Shown here: piece by piece, positions 8,904-17,432 of the stretch
Layout of the letters: every line of letters begins with the position of its first letter
Numbering within the stretch: the first letter of the stretch is position 1
IMG/VR virus record: IMGVR_UViG_3300003937_000141
Source of the DNA: an uncultured virus (IMG/VR IMGVR_UViG_3300003937_000141)
Lineage: Duplodnaviria > Heunggongvirae > Uroviricota > Caudoviricetes
Reading direction: 5' to 3' (one strand)
DNA: 64,000 nucleotides
Notes under the pieces: generated by a model
What the model saw: only the letters and a program-made list of their open reading frames with translations
What the model was told of the DNA's origin: nothing
Database searches by the model: none
Translations under genes and position numbers: made by a program

Positions 8904-9326
8904 ATGAGAAACGGATATTTTGCAGTTGTATTGAATAAAGAGAGCTGTGATGCTGTGAGGAAATATTCCACGATGGAAGATGTAAAAGGAGACCATATTA
9001 CACTTGCATATAAACCAGATGATAAAACTTATGAACAGTTAAACGGATTGGTTAATGAGGATGTTGACGCTTATATTAGTGAGATAAGATCAAATAAAAA
9101 TATAGAAGCATTGTGGGTTGACGAAATGAACTTAACTAGATTTCCATCAATAAAATTAAAAAGATTTAATCCAGGCCCAGCACACGTTACAATATCACAT
9201 AAGAAAGATTTTAAATCTGGTGACGCAAATAGTATGTTTAAAGATCCAGACCACCTTGTTCCAGTAGACCATACACACGAATTGGGATATTTGAAAGGTA
9301 CAGTTAAATGGATATCATATGAGTGA
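8904..9326 (+). CDS. 2H phosphoesterase family protein
   Basis: Two HxT motifs in hydrophobic context: GDHITLAY and PAHVTISH. Confidence 0.7.
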   Translation: MRNGYFAVVLNKESCDAVRKYSTMEDVKGDHITLAYKPDDKTYEQLNGLVNEDVDAYISEIRSNKNIEALWVDEMNLTRFPSIKLKRFNPGPAHVTISHKKDFKSGDANSMFKDPDHLVPVDHTHELGYLKGTVKWISYE

Positions 9327-9474
9327 AAAAATAAAAGAATTACAAAAAGAAGTTAAAGAGTTGGAAGAAGAAAAAAAGATTACCAATTCTCAAGCAAGAA
9401 TTAATGATATAGATGAGAGTATCTATAATACAAATCAAAGTATTGAAGAATTGAGGAAATATGAAAGACATTGA
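9319..9474 (+). CDS. small coiled-coil protein (51 aa)
   Basis: MSEKIKELQKEVKELEEEKK...; fills the gap between annotated ORFs. Confidence 0.65.
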   Translation: MSEKIKELQKEVKELEEEKKITNSQARINDIDESIYNTNQSIEELRKYERH

Positions 9475-9475
9475 T

Positions 9476-9910
9476 ATGAAAACAGAAGCACCAGAATTAT
9501 ACATTAATGGTATGGAGACTTTACCAGATGTAATTAATATGATTAAAGATACAATGGATGAAGGTAAAACTGAATCTGCTAAAGATTACTTAAATCAATT
9601 ACAAGAATATTTAGCAAAAAGAGATATCAATATTTTAGAATTACAGGAGACAGGTGAAAAAATATTACAAGGACTTGAAAAAAATACAGAAATTTTAGAC
9701 CCACAACAAACAGTAGTTGATAATTTCCACGAGTGGAATATGAAACAAATGGATAGATATGAACCTGTTATGGTACTAATGACAATTTTAGGACAAACGT
9801 TGAAGATTATGAAATCGGCAATGCCTAAACACCAATACGATTCAATTATGGACAACGTCTATGAGTCGAAGGACAGAATTGAACCGTTTACTAAACCACA
9901 AATACATTAA
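9476..9910 (+). CDS. hypothetical protein
   Basis: ORF; start 9461 or 9476. Confidence 0.7.
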   Translation: MKTEAPELYINGMETLPDVINMIKDTMDEGKTESAKDYLNQLQEYLAKRDINILELQETGEKILQGLEKNTEILDPQQTVVDNFHEWNMKQMDRYEPVMVLMTILGQTLKIMKSAMPKHQYDSIMDNVYESKDRIEPFTKPQIH

Positions 9911-9919
9911 TGGAGGAAA

Positions 9920-10126
9920 ATGAAAACTTTAATGTCAATATTAGTATTAATCTGTTTAACAGTTAGTGCTAACGCAAATCCAGTATTGAACTGGTTTGAA
10001 ACTGAAAAAAACAAAACAATTGAGTTTCAAAAGAAATCGTGGGCTGATGGCAAAGTGCAATTAGCAAACACAAAACAATCTATTATAGACCTATTTCACA
10101 AGGTAACTAATGTTACACAGGATTAG
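9920..10126 (+). CDS. small secreted protein
   Basis: GGAGG RBS; signal peptide MKTLMSILVLICLTVSANA. Confidence 0.75.
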   Translation: MKTLMSILVLICLTVSANANPVLNWFETEKNKTIEFQKKSWADGKVQLANTKQSIIDLFHKVTNVTQD

Positions 10127-10301
10127 TGATTTCTGTAAAAAGATTGATAGTATCAAAGCCCAGGCGGATAAGTTGTATAATTTAAAGTATAACAACACTA
10201 AAACGCCTGGTCGGGATGCTGAGATTAACCATTTAATAGAAGATATACAATCAACGTGTAAAATCGTTGGTGCAGATAAGACACCCTATCAAAAAGGTTG
10301 A
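10110..10301 (+). CDS. hypothetical protein
   Basis: ORF overlapping the previous stop. Confidence 0.7.
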   Translation: MLHRISDFCKKIDSIKAQADKLYNLKYNNTKTPGRDAEINHLIEDIQSTCKIVGADKTPYQKG

Positions 10302-10323
10302 AAAATCAACGTTTTTAGAGAGC

Positions 10324-10352
10324 TTGACAAATCTGTTATATTATGATAGAAT
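10324..10352 (+). promoter_or_regulatory. sigma70-like promoter (extended -10)
   Basis: TTGACA-N17-TAGAAT with TG at -15/-14. Confidence 0.8.
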
Positions 10353-10364
10353 ATATTACATACA

Positions 10365-10784
10365 ATGAAAATAAGTGAGAAGGACGATACTATGGTAACT
10401 AAAGAAGAAATATTTGAAGAATTTAAGATTGCAAAACAAAAAGACATTGCAAAATCAACAACAAAACCACCTTATGAGAACTGTTTTAAAAACAGATTAA
10501 AGTTATTAAAATCTCATAGGGACGCAAAAATAACAAATCCAAAAGTGTACAGACATTTACAAGTAAATTTTGATAATCTAATACTTGCTTATTCGTCACC
10601 TGTACCTATTGACGCATTCTATAAGACAGTATTCAATAAGACATTTACTCAATATAATGAGTCTAAAAGAGTTGAAGATATGACAGAATTACAAAAAGAA
10701 AAAGATGAAAGACGTAGAAAAAAAGAAAAAGAAGAATTAAAGAAACAAAAAGCTGAAGATGTTAAAGAAATTACTATTAATTAG
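10365..10784 (+). CDS. hypothetical protein
   Basis: ORF after promoter; likely alternative start MVTKEE with AAGGA RBS. Confidence 0.75.
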   Translation: MKISEKDDTMVTKEEIFEEFKIAKQKDIAKSTTKPPYENCFKNRLKLLKSHRDAKITNPKVYRHLQVNFDNLILAYSSPVPIDAFYKTVFNKTFTQYNESKRVEDMTELQKEKDERRRKKEKEELKKQKAEDVKEITIN

Positions 10785-11250
10785 TTGTTTGTTGTTACTT
10801 ACAAATTGTGCCAGTAAGCAGTCTTATATAGGTGCTAGCACCACCGCAGCTGTTGCTGGTACAGCGTGTTGGCAGTATATAAGTGACAATCCTGCAGTTG
10901 TGGCGACTTGTGCTGTTGTAGGTTCATTTAAAGGTGCCGATATGATGAATAGTGAAACGGATGATCAATTAATGACAAGAGCATTTGTGGATCATTTAGA
11001 CAATGCACCTAATAGTCCAGGTTTTACAACGTGGATGAATCCTAAAACAAATAGTAATGGTATAATTAAAACTACAGGTTTCTATTTAAAGGGACCTATT
11101 AAATGTTCAATGGTTGAAGTTACACATAATCAGAATTTAGATAATACAAGATTTTTTGATTCAATATTATATGGAAATCCATATAGACAAATACAATTAC
11201 ACGAAGTTTGTAAAATGCCCGATGGAAGGTGGATGATGATAAATGATTAA
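10759..11250 (+). CDS. lipoprotein, 17-kDa surface-antigen-like
   Basis: Lipobox LLTNC; Gly/Ala zipper; W-x-NP-x-T-x-x-x-G and C-x-MPDGRW motifs. Confidence 0.7.
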   Translation: MLKKLLLISCLLLLTNCASKQSYIGASTTAAVAGTACWQYISDNPAVVATCAVVGSFKGADMMNSETDDQLMTRAFVDHLDNAPNSPGFTTWMNPKTNSNGIIKTTGFYLKGPIKCSMVEVTHNQNLDNTRFFDSILYGNPYRQIQLHEVCKMPDGRWMMIND

Positions 11251-11704
11251 AAATATTATAATTTTTGTACTGTTATTAATTTGTGTATCACAATGTGGTG
11301 GTAACGATACGAAAGCAAAACAAATAGAATTAAAAGCAATGGATAACTTTTTTGATAAACTATTGCAAAATGCAACACCAATACCTTTAGTAGATAAACA
11401 ATGTTTGAAATATGAAGATTGTCCTAAATGGGATGGTAATCCAGATACTAAAATGTATTATGACCTAATGAAAGGTCTTAACGGCTCTGGGAAGATTGAA
11501 AAATCAGACTTCAATTGGAATGTTCATCTATATCTATGCCACCAAAATAAGTTGTTGGATAGTATAAACGGTGAAGGTGCATTTGAAAGACTTGCAATCA
11601 TTTCAGCAAAAGACGGAATGATACCTTGTCCTATAGATAACAATCCACATTGGAATTATGATTGGGAAAATCATATATTAAAAGCTAGAGCGGAGGCAGT
11701 ATGA
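11243..11704 (+). CDS. exported protein/lipoprotein
   Basis: N-terminal hydrophobic signal ending SQC; several Cys. Confidence 0.65.
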   Translation: MIKNIIIFVLLLICVSQCGGNDTKAKQIELKAMDNFFDKLLQNATPIPLVDKQCLKYEDCPKWDGNPDTKMYYDLMKGLNGSGKIEKSDFNWNVHLYLCHQNKLLDSINGEGAFERLAIISAKDGMIPCPIDNNPHWNYDWENHILKARAEAV

Positions 11705-12126
11705 TGAATAATAATTTTAAAAGAATTGTTATGTTTACATTTACAATTATAGCACTATTATTAATATGTAATATATTATACGCTGAAGATTCATTTGAAA
11801 ACACAATTAAAAAAATAAACATATTAGAAAATGGAAACAATGAAGTCACTTATGATAAAATACAACCTTTAAAAGACCAGTATTGTTTCATAAAAGTAAA
11901 AATTACAGAAGTTGATGGTGAAATCATCAAAGAAGAAGTTGTTGAATGTGCCGATGGTAGAAAGGCGTATGATGGACCAAGTTATTGGGAGTTATTCGCT
12001 ATGTTTTATTATGGTGATATGAATACACCTGCCTATTGTAGGCATTATGAACGACCTAAACACGCATACCATAAACCTGGTAAAGTATGTTTAGACAAAA
12101 ATGGAAACTGGGAGGTAAAAAAATAA
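11701..12126 (+). CDS. secreted Cys-containing hypothetical protein
   Basis: Signal peptide; ECADG and CLDKNGNWE motifs. Confidence 0.7.
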   Translation: MMNNNFKRIVMFTFTIIALLLICNILYAEDSFENTIKKINILENGNNEVTYDKIQPLKDQYCFIKVKITEVDGEIIKEEVVECADGRKAYDGPSYWELFAMFYYGDMNTPAYCRHYERPKHAYHKPGKVCLDKNGNWEVKK

Positions 12127-12287
12127 TGATAAAAGGTATAATAACCCTAGTAGTACTATGGATAATCATAGCTTTTACTTGGGATCCATTTGTATCAACA
12201 GTTGAGAAAACACAGGCTGTTGACAAAACTAAGGAATTAGTGTATAATGTGTTTAATAAAGCGAAGGAGAAAGTGAAAAATGAGTAA
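12126..12287 (+). CDS. small membrane protein
   Basis: MIKGIITLVVLWIIIAFTW; TAATG overlap with previous gene. Confidence 0.65.
   Translation: MIKGIITLVVLWIIIAFTWDPFVSTVEKTQAVDKTKELVYNVFNKAKEKVKNE
12220..12248 (+). promoter_or_regulatory. consensus sigma70 promoter
   Basis: TTGACA-N17-TATAAT, perfect consensus. Confidence 0.85.
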
Positions 12288-12888
12288 AGTACTCAAATAT
12301 ATAATAATTGGTTTATTAAGTGTCACGCTTGCAAATTGTTCAAGCAATACTTATAAAATCAAAAAAGAAAGCAAGAATCAGGTACTAAAAGTTCCTTCTT
12401 GGTATATGAAAGACTATTCCGAGAATAAAGAATGTGGTACTAAAATGTTCGGCAAAAAGAAAGACAAAAAATGTGTCTTCGGTGTCGGAACTTCTACATC
12501 ACCTGACCTAGAATTGGCAATTGACAAGGCGACAATGATCGCTAAGGCTGAAGTTGCTGATAAGATAAAAGGGGAGATGAATAAGAAGGCAAAGATTTTT
12601 ACTACCGAGTTAGGTAAATCTCAAACCAAAACTGTTGTAACAGATGTTGAAACAACTATAGTAAACATTATTAAGAATACACCAGTACGTGGTTATGAAG
12701 TATTTAAGCAAGAGGTAACTTTAACGAAAAATGGTTACTACCGTGCTTGGATAGGATTAAGATTGCCTATGGGACCATACAACAAGATGTACAATTATTC
12801 TTTAGAAGAAATAGTTGACGCTTACAAGTTAAAAGAACTTGCTGAAAAATCGTATGATGAAGTAGAGATAATTGCTAATGAGCAGTAA
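12280..12888 (+). CDS. LPP20-like lipoprotein
   Basis: AAGGAG RBS; lipobox LANC; VPSWY, GVGTSTSPDLELAIDKA...AKAEVA. Confidence 0.7.
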   Translation: MSKVLKYIIIGLLSVTLANCSSNTYKIKKESKNQVLKVPSWYMKDYSENKECGTKMFGKKKDKKCVFGVGTSTSPDLELAIDKATMIAKAEVADKIKGEMNKKAKIFTTELGKSQTKTVVTDVETTIVNIIKNTPVRGYEVFKQEVTLTKNGYYRAWIGLRLPMGPYNKMYNYSLEEIVDAYKLKELAEKSYDEVEIIANEQ

Positions 12889-13147
12889 AATCCAAATATA
12901 CTCAAAGCCTAATTGTACTTATTGTACAAAATCAAAACACTTGATGAAAACGTTAGGCTTTGAATACGAAGAACATATGTTTGGGAAAGATTTTACTACA
13001 CCTGAACAGTTATTTGAGGCAATAGGTAAACAAGTACGAACTATGCCTCAAATTGTTATAGAAGATAAACATATCGGCGGCTATAACGAATTAATAGAGT
13101 ATTTTGCCGATAAGAAGTTAGTAAATTACAAAGGTGAAAAAATATAA
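12878..13147 (+). CDS. grx: glutaredoxin
   Basis: CTYC active site, RTMPQI, HIGGY. Confidence 0.92.
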   Translation: MSSKIQIYSKPNCTYCTKSKHLMKTLGFEYEEHMFGKDFTTPEQLFEAIGKQVRTMPQIVIEDKHIGGYNELIEYFADKKLVNYKGEKI

Positions 13148-13148
13148 T

Positions 13149-13559
13149 ATGAGTGATGATGGACAATTAGAATTTGATTTTGGGTTAGAATCTAAAATAC
13201 CCGATAATGTAATATTATTTCCTAAAATACCTTTACGAAGACCTAATTGGGCACAACAAAAATTAGACGCTAAAAAACAAGATATGTTGAGAAGACAACA
13301 CAATCAGGTTTACGTACAGGCCATTACAGAACAATTAACTGAACAGATGTTATTAAGATTAAGAGAAGAAAACATTAACATAACAACAAAAGAATTTTTA
13401 AGTGACTATAAGTTGTCACTAGAGGCGCTTAAGTCTATGTTGCTTAGGGCAGTACATATGAAACACCCATTACAACAACGTGTAGATAGGGCGGTCAAAT
13501 GTAAACAAGGAGAAGGTAAGGACGTATATGCCATTACCATTGACTATAACAAATTTTAA
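13149..13559 (+). CDS. hypothetical protein
   Basis: ORF with DNVILFP motif. Confidence 0.75.
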   Translation: MSDDGQLEFDFGLESKIPDNVILFPKIPLRRPNWAQQKLDAKKQDMLRRQHNQVYVQAITEQLTEQMLLRLREENINITTKEFLSDYKLSLEALKSMLLRAVHMKHPLQQRVDRAVKCKQGEGKDVYAITIDYNKF

Positions 13560-13796
13560 ATTAGATAACAATATGCGTAACATTTATATAATTGCAAATA
13601 TATTAATCTGTCTGGCTGAACATAGTTTAAGAGGACTAAACGCATGGACAAGGAGGGTTATGGGCGAATGCCTGAAGACACCTTGGGCAGTTTTGAGTAG
13701 GGACCTATCTTGCAATAGATGGACTCTTCCTGGAAGATTGTGGGTGAGTTCCAACAAATCCCACGACAGACACATATTGTTATCTAATTTAAAATT
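13552..13796. repeat. perfect 24-bp inverted repeat (13552-13575 / 13773-13796)
   Basis: aattttaaattagataacaatatg ... catattgttatctaatttaaaatt. Confidence 0.95.
13607..13770 (+). ncRNA. multi-stem structured RNA, probably manA-like RNA motif
   Basis: GC-richer intergenic stretch; stems tctgtc/gacaga, caagg/ccttg, ggc-gaat-gcc, gagt/actc, cttc/gaag, gtggg/cccac. Family assignment is from memory and unverified. Confidence 0.6.
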
Positions 13797-13890
13797 ACAG
13801 AATTCCATAAAGCACTTTGGGATAATTGCTAGTACTGGCAAAGTTAGCAATTCTAATTATAATGCCACAATAGAAAAGGAGATTTAAACA

Positions 13891-14223
13891 ATGTTTAAAT
13901 TTTTATTTAAAAACGACTCATTAAGAGTTGTATCAAAATCTAAAAGAAAATCTACTAGAGGTAGAAAAACTTTATCAAAAAGAGTTAAAGTTTTAAATCT
14001 TTTAAACAAAGGCGAATCTGTTACTTGGAAGACTTTAAGAAGCAGATTTGATCTAGTGTCTCCAAGAGCACTAGTTGACACATTGAGATCAGAAGGTAAT
14101 ATGATCTATGTTAACAAATCAGCAAAAGGAACATCTTATAGAATAGGTGAACCTACAAAAGCGATAATCGCTGCTGGGATCAAAAAATTATATGGTACTC
14201 CGTACGCATATAAAACTGCCTAA
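13891..14223 (+). CDS. basic winged-HTH-like DNA-binding protein
   Basis: AAGGAG RBS; Lys/Arg-rich N-terminus; SPRALVDTLRSEGNMIY helix-wing pattern. Confidence 0.65.
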   Translation: MFKFLFKNDSLRVVSKSKRKSTRGRKTLSKRVKVLNLLNKGESVTWKTLRSRFDLVSPRALVDTLRSEGNMIYVNKSAKGTSYRIGEPTKAIIAAGIKKLYGTPYAYKTA

Positions 14224-14234
14224 TACTCATTGAG

Positions 14235-14242
14235 TATAAATA
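14235..14242 (+). promoter_or_regulatory. T4-type late promoter
   Basis: TATAAATA, intergenic. Confidence 0.7.
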
Positions 14243-14250
14243 GAGGTATA

Positions 14251-14273
14251 GGGGTAGGGAGACTTACCCCTTT
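14251..14273 (+). terminator. GNRA-loop hairpin (terminator or 5' stabiliser)
   Basis: ggggtagg-gaga-cttacccc followed by ttt. Confidence 0.55.
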
Positions 14274-14299
14274 ACACATAACAAAATGAGGAGGCAAAT

Positions 14300-14788
14300 A
14301 TGCCAATGACATCCGCACAATTAAACGCAGGTATGGACACATCAGGATCAGGTGCTCCACTACTACACGAAATCTTACTAAAAGTAAACAACGCAAAAGA
14401 CAAATCCCAAAAAATTGAGGCTCTGAAAAAGAACGATTCAGTACCTTTAAGACAAATTTTAAAAGGTGCTTTTGATCCTAGTATCAAGTGGGATTTACCA
14501 GAAGGTACGCCACCATATAGAGAAAATGACGCACCAGCAGGTACAGAACACACGTCCCTATTTACAGAAGCCAAAAGATTATGGCACTTTGTAGAGGGAG
14601 CAGATAAGAAAACTTCCAGAACGAAGAAAGAAATGATGTTTATTCAATTGCTTGAAGGATTACACGCTAATGACGCTAAACTTATGATTTCAGTTAAAGA
14701 AAAAGAACTGAATCTCGTATATAAAGGGTTAACAGACGCTGTGGTTAAAGAAGCATTTGGATGGAATGCAGATTACAAAACATCCTAA
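14300..14788 (+). CDS. conserved T4-like hypothetical protein
   Basis: GAGGAGG RBS; WDLPEGTPPY and FIQLLEGLH motifs typical of marine T4-like phages. Confidence 0.8.
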   Translation: MPMTSAQLNAGMDTSGSGAPLLHEILLKVNNAKDKSQKIEALKKNDSVPLRQILKGAFDPSIKWDLPEGTPPYRENDAPAGTEHTSLFTEAKRLWHFVEGADKKTSRTKKEMMFIQLLEGLHANDAKLMISVKEKELNLVYKGLTDAVVKEAFGWNADYKTS

Positions 14789-14835
14789 TATAAATATTGT
14801 AGAGTGATTCTATAATATTTCAACTATAGGGTGTA

Positions 14836-14850
14836 GAACAAAAGTAGAAC
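14836..14850. promoter_or_regulatory. alphaproteobacterial-type LexA (SOS) box
   Basis: GAAC aaaagta GAAC (GTTC-N7-GTTC on the minus strand). Confidence 0.6.
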
Positions 14851-14919
14851 ATTCTACTTGACAGATTGTCGCACCCTATAACCCTTTGATTTTACACAAT
14901 TATTTACTCCATTTTTTGC

Positions 14920-14948
14920 TTGATTTATAGTGCAATATCTGATATATT
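14920..14948 (+). promoter_or_regulatory. early sigma70-like promoter (extended -10)
   Basis: GC-TTGATT-N17-TATATT with TG. Confidence 0.7.
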
Positions 14949-14989
14949 AGTACTATGAAATCAAATAATTATAAGGAGAGATATATATT

Positions 14990-15184
14990 ATGGGTAAAGT
15001 AAAACAATGGGCTGAAGATACAGCCGAAAAAGCAGTTGATACTGTCCTTGTTAAATTGACAAAAGGATTAATCAATAAAGAAGTTGCTAAAACTGAAATT
15101 ATGAAGTTAGATGTAAATTTAGGTCTAGTAGGTATTGACGAATTTAATATAGATGAAGTTATTGATGAGGCCGCTAATGCGTAA
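14990..15184 (+). CDS. hypothetical protein
   Basis: AAGGAG upstream; MGKVKQWAED. Confidence 0.75.
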   Translation: MGKVKQWAEDTAEKAVDTVLVKLTKGLINKEVAKTEIMKLDVNLGLVGIDEFNIDEVIDEAANA

Positions 15185-15497
15185 ATCATTTTTAATATTA
15201 TTTCTAGTATTCATTTATACTTGGTCTTGGGCAATATTTAATGCTGTCAAGGCTGACGACTATAACACCGCAGTTATTGGACACGTTATATCTGAAAAAA
15301 TTAAAGGCACAAATATTGATACGTCATATATAATGGAGCAAGAGATAGAAAAACTTGTACATAAGTTTGCTATTGATTCAGTATATATTTTGCAGGCATA
15401 CCTTCCACAAATATTAGAAGGTGTTGCGAGTGATTTAAGATTAAAACTTGACGAAAAATACAAAAAGGAAATTTTAAATGGCGAAAACAGTAACTAA
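15177..15497 (+). CDS. secreted hypothetical protein
   Basis: Signal peptide MRKSFLILFLVFIYTWSWAIFNAVKA. Confidence 0.7.
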   Translation: MRKSFLILFLVFIYTWSWAIFNAVKADDYNTAVIGHVISEKIKGTNIDTSYIMEQEIEKLVHKFAIDSVYILQAYLPQILEGVASDLRLKLDEKYKKEILNGENSN

Positions 15498-15906
15498 AAA
15501 AACTAGAAAAAAGAAGGCAATTAAGTTAAAGAAAAAACTTAAAAGAGAATTTTCTTTAAAAAGAAAATATAAGACCACCTACAAAGATATTAGGATTTGG
15601 TTTAAACAATTTAATGACACCGTATTTGAAGGTAAACTATCTCCATTCGGACAGGTAGAAATAAAAGATTTAGCAAGAGAAAAATGTATAGGACAAGTAG
15701 TGACCTTGGAATGGAAAAGAAAAGGAACAAGACTTTTTAGATTAGAGATGTTACCTGACTATCCTGAAAAGAAGGATTTTTTAGATACTTTAGTACACGA
15801 AATGGTACATTTATATCAAATGCAAAATTTAGGAGATACAGGAAACCATAACGATTTGTTTTGGTCGTTTGAACCAAAAGTAAACTACGTAGGTTTACGA
15901 CTATAA
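15478..15906 (+). CDS. SprT-like zinc metalloprotease
   Basis: FNDTVFEGKL, TLVHEMVHLYQ (HExxH), downstream H. Confidence 0.85.
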   Translation: MAKTVTKKTRKKKAIKLKKKLKREFSLKRKYKTTYKDIRIWFKQFNDTVFEGKLSPFGQVEIKDLAREKCIGQVVTLEWKRKGTRLFRLEMLPDYPEKKDFLDTLVHEMVHLYQMQNLGDTGNHNDLFWSFEPKVNYVGLRL

Positions 15907-15923
15907 CAAAAGAAGTTTATATT

Positions 15924-16205
15924 ATGAAAAATAAAGATGAAAAAAACCACATTGACGAATGGTTAAAAATACAAATTAAAAAAGGTATTGAAATCATTGA
16001 TAATGTTTTAAGAAACAATAATAATAAGTGGGAATTATATTATACAGGTCATTTACAAAAAGACATTTTCAATAATTTTCCAGGCAGAACTAGTAAAAAG
16101 ATATTCAAAGGCTATAGAGCACATTTGGATAATAATAAACTTTTGTTTGTTCAAAAGAAGTTTGAACATAACGGATATGAATATTATGTAAAGAGAGGTA
16201 TATAA
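15924..16205 (+). CDS. hypothetical protein
   Basis: Tightly packed ORF. Confidence 0.7.
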   Translation: MKNKDEKNHIDEWLKIQIKKGIEIIDNVLRNNNNKWELYYTGHLQKDIFNNFPGRTSKKIFKGYRAHLDNNKLLFVQKKFEHNGYEYYVKRGI

Positions 16206-16489
16206 TGAAAAAACTTGATAAAAAATCTAAAGACATATTGAAACTATTGGTTAAAGGTAAAGGCTTCTATAAGACGCCGATTGTACCTAAAGACCATACG
16301 GATGGAAACATTAACTTGCTTGTACCGTTGTACCTTGCAGGTCTTCTTTCCTTTCAAAGACAATACGACATCCCCCTTATAGGTCCTTCTAACGAACACC
16401 TAGTAAGGTTTAAATGGTATGATGTTATGATAGACAAAAAGAAAACTGTAAAGGATTTAAAAAAGGTAATTAAAAATGGCCAAATTTAA
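16205..16489 (+). CDS. hypothetical protein
   Basis: TAATG overlap with previous gene. Confidence 0.7.
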   Translation: MKKLDKKSKDILKLLVKGKGFYKTPIVPKDHTDGNINLLVPLYLAGLLSFQRQYDIPLIGPSNEHLVRFKWYDVMIDKKKTVKDLKKVIKNGQI

Positions 16490-17168
16490 ACTAACAATGA
16501 AGTGGCAAAAAGTATTAGATAGAACCTGGTTTTTGACCAAAGTATTTGCTATTCTATGTATTATGTGTGGAGTTGCTTTTACGTGGGGTACTTTTTATCC
16601 CAATCAAACTGCTGTGAAGAACGTCAATTTAAAACTGGATCAGTTTTATATGCAGAAGATAAAAGATATGGACCTACGAGAACCTGAATTTACATACAAT
16701 AACGATATTCAATTTGTACGTGCTATGCACAAATGTATAAATTATATAAATTTTTCATTACCTAAAACTAAAAGAGTTCCATATGAAATGATTATAGGTC
16801 AGGCTGCATTAGAGTCTGGTTGGGGAACTAGTAGATTTGGAACAGAAGGTAATAATTTATTCGGGATAAGAACTTGGACCAAAGAAGTGCCACACCTTAT
16901 GCCTTTAGGTATTAAGAAATGGCCTGGTTGGGGTGTTAAAGTATTTGCTAGTAAGTGTGATAGTGTAAAAGAATATATTAGATTATTAAATGAACATCCT
17001 GCTTATAAAGAATTTAGAGAAATCAGAGCAAATATGCTTAAACAAAATAAACAATTAGATAGTTTGGTCTTAATAAAGACACTTGATAAATTTTCTACAA
17101 CTGCTGACTATGATAAAAGAGTTACTAGAATGATTATGAAGATAAGAAAACTTGAGGTGAACAAATGA
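16476..17168 (+). CDS. membrane-anchored GH73 glucosaminidase (Bax/FlgJ-like peptidoglycan hydrolase)
   Basis: QAALESGWGTSRF, NNLFGI, YIRLLNEHPAY; N-terminal TM helix. Confidence 0.9.
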   Translation: MAKFKLTMKWQKVLDRTWFLTKVFAILCIMCGVAFTWGTFYPNQTAVKNVNLKLDQFYMQKIKDMDLREPEFTYNNDIQFVRAMHKCINYINFSLPKTKRVPYEMIIGQAALESGWGTSRFGTEGNNLFGIRTWTKEVPHLMPLGIKKWPGWGVKVFASKCDSVKEYIRLLNEHPAYKEFREIRANMLKQNKQLDSLVLIKTLDKFSTTADYDKRVTRMIMKIRKLEVNK

Positions 17169-17323
17169 TGACAATTGCAGATGGAATATTACTATTTTTT
17201 ATAGGGTGTACATTAACAGTAATTGGATTTGGTATTGCTTTACACATAGGAAGTAAATCACTTAAACCAAAAGAGAAATTAACAACTGTACAACAATCAT
17301 TAAAAGATATAAGGGGTAAATAA
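17165..17323 (+). CDS. small single-TM protein (52 aa)
   Basis: MMTIADGILLFFIGCTLTVIGFGIALHIG...; ATGA overlap. Confidence 0.65.
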   Translation: MMTIADGILLFFIGCTLTVIGFGIALHIGSKSLKPKEKLTTVQQSLKDIRGK

Positions 17324-17324
17324 T

Positions 17325-17432
17325 ATGCTTTGGTTAATATTAATATGTATGTTGCTGGGATATATTATAGCAACAAGAAATGAAATTATTAGTTATTTAA
17401 AAATGAAATGGGATAAATTTAAACAATGCTAG
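17325..17432 (+). CDS. small single-TM protein (35 aa)
   Basis: MLWLILICMLLGYIIATRNEIISYLKMKWDKFKQC. Confidence 0.55.
   Translation: MLWLILICMLLGYIIATRNEIISYLKMKWDKFKQC

Noticed and set aside
13528..13887. ORFs 13528..13887 (+) and 13584..13850 (-)
   Set aside because: Both run through the inverted repeat and structured RNA (same peptide NFKLDNNM on both strands), lack an RBS and have atypical composition
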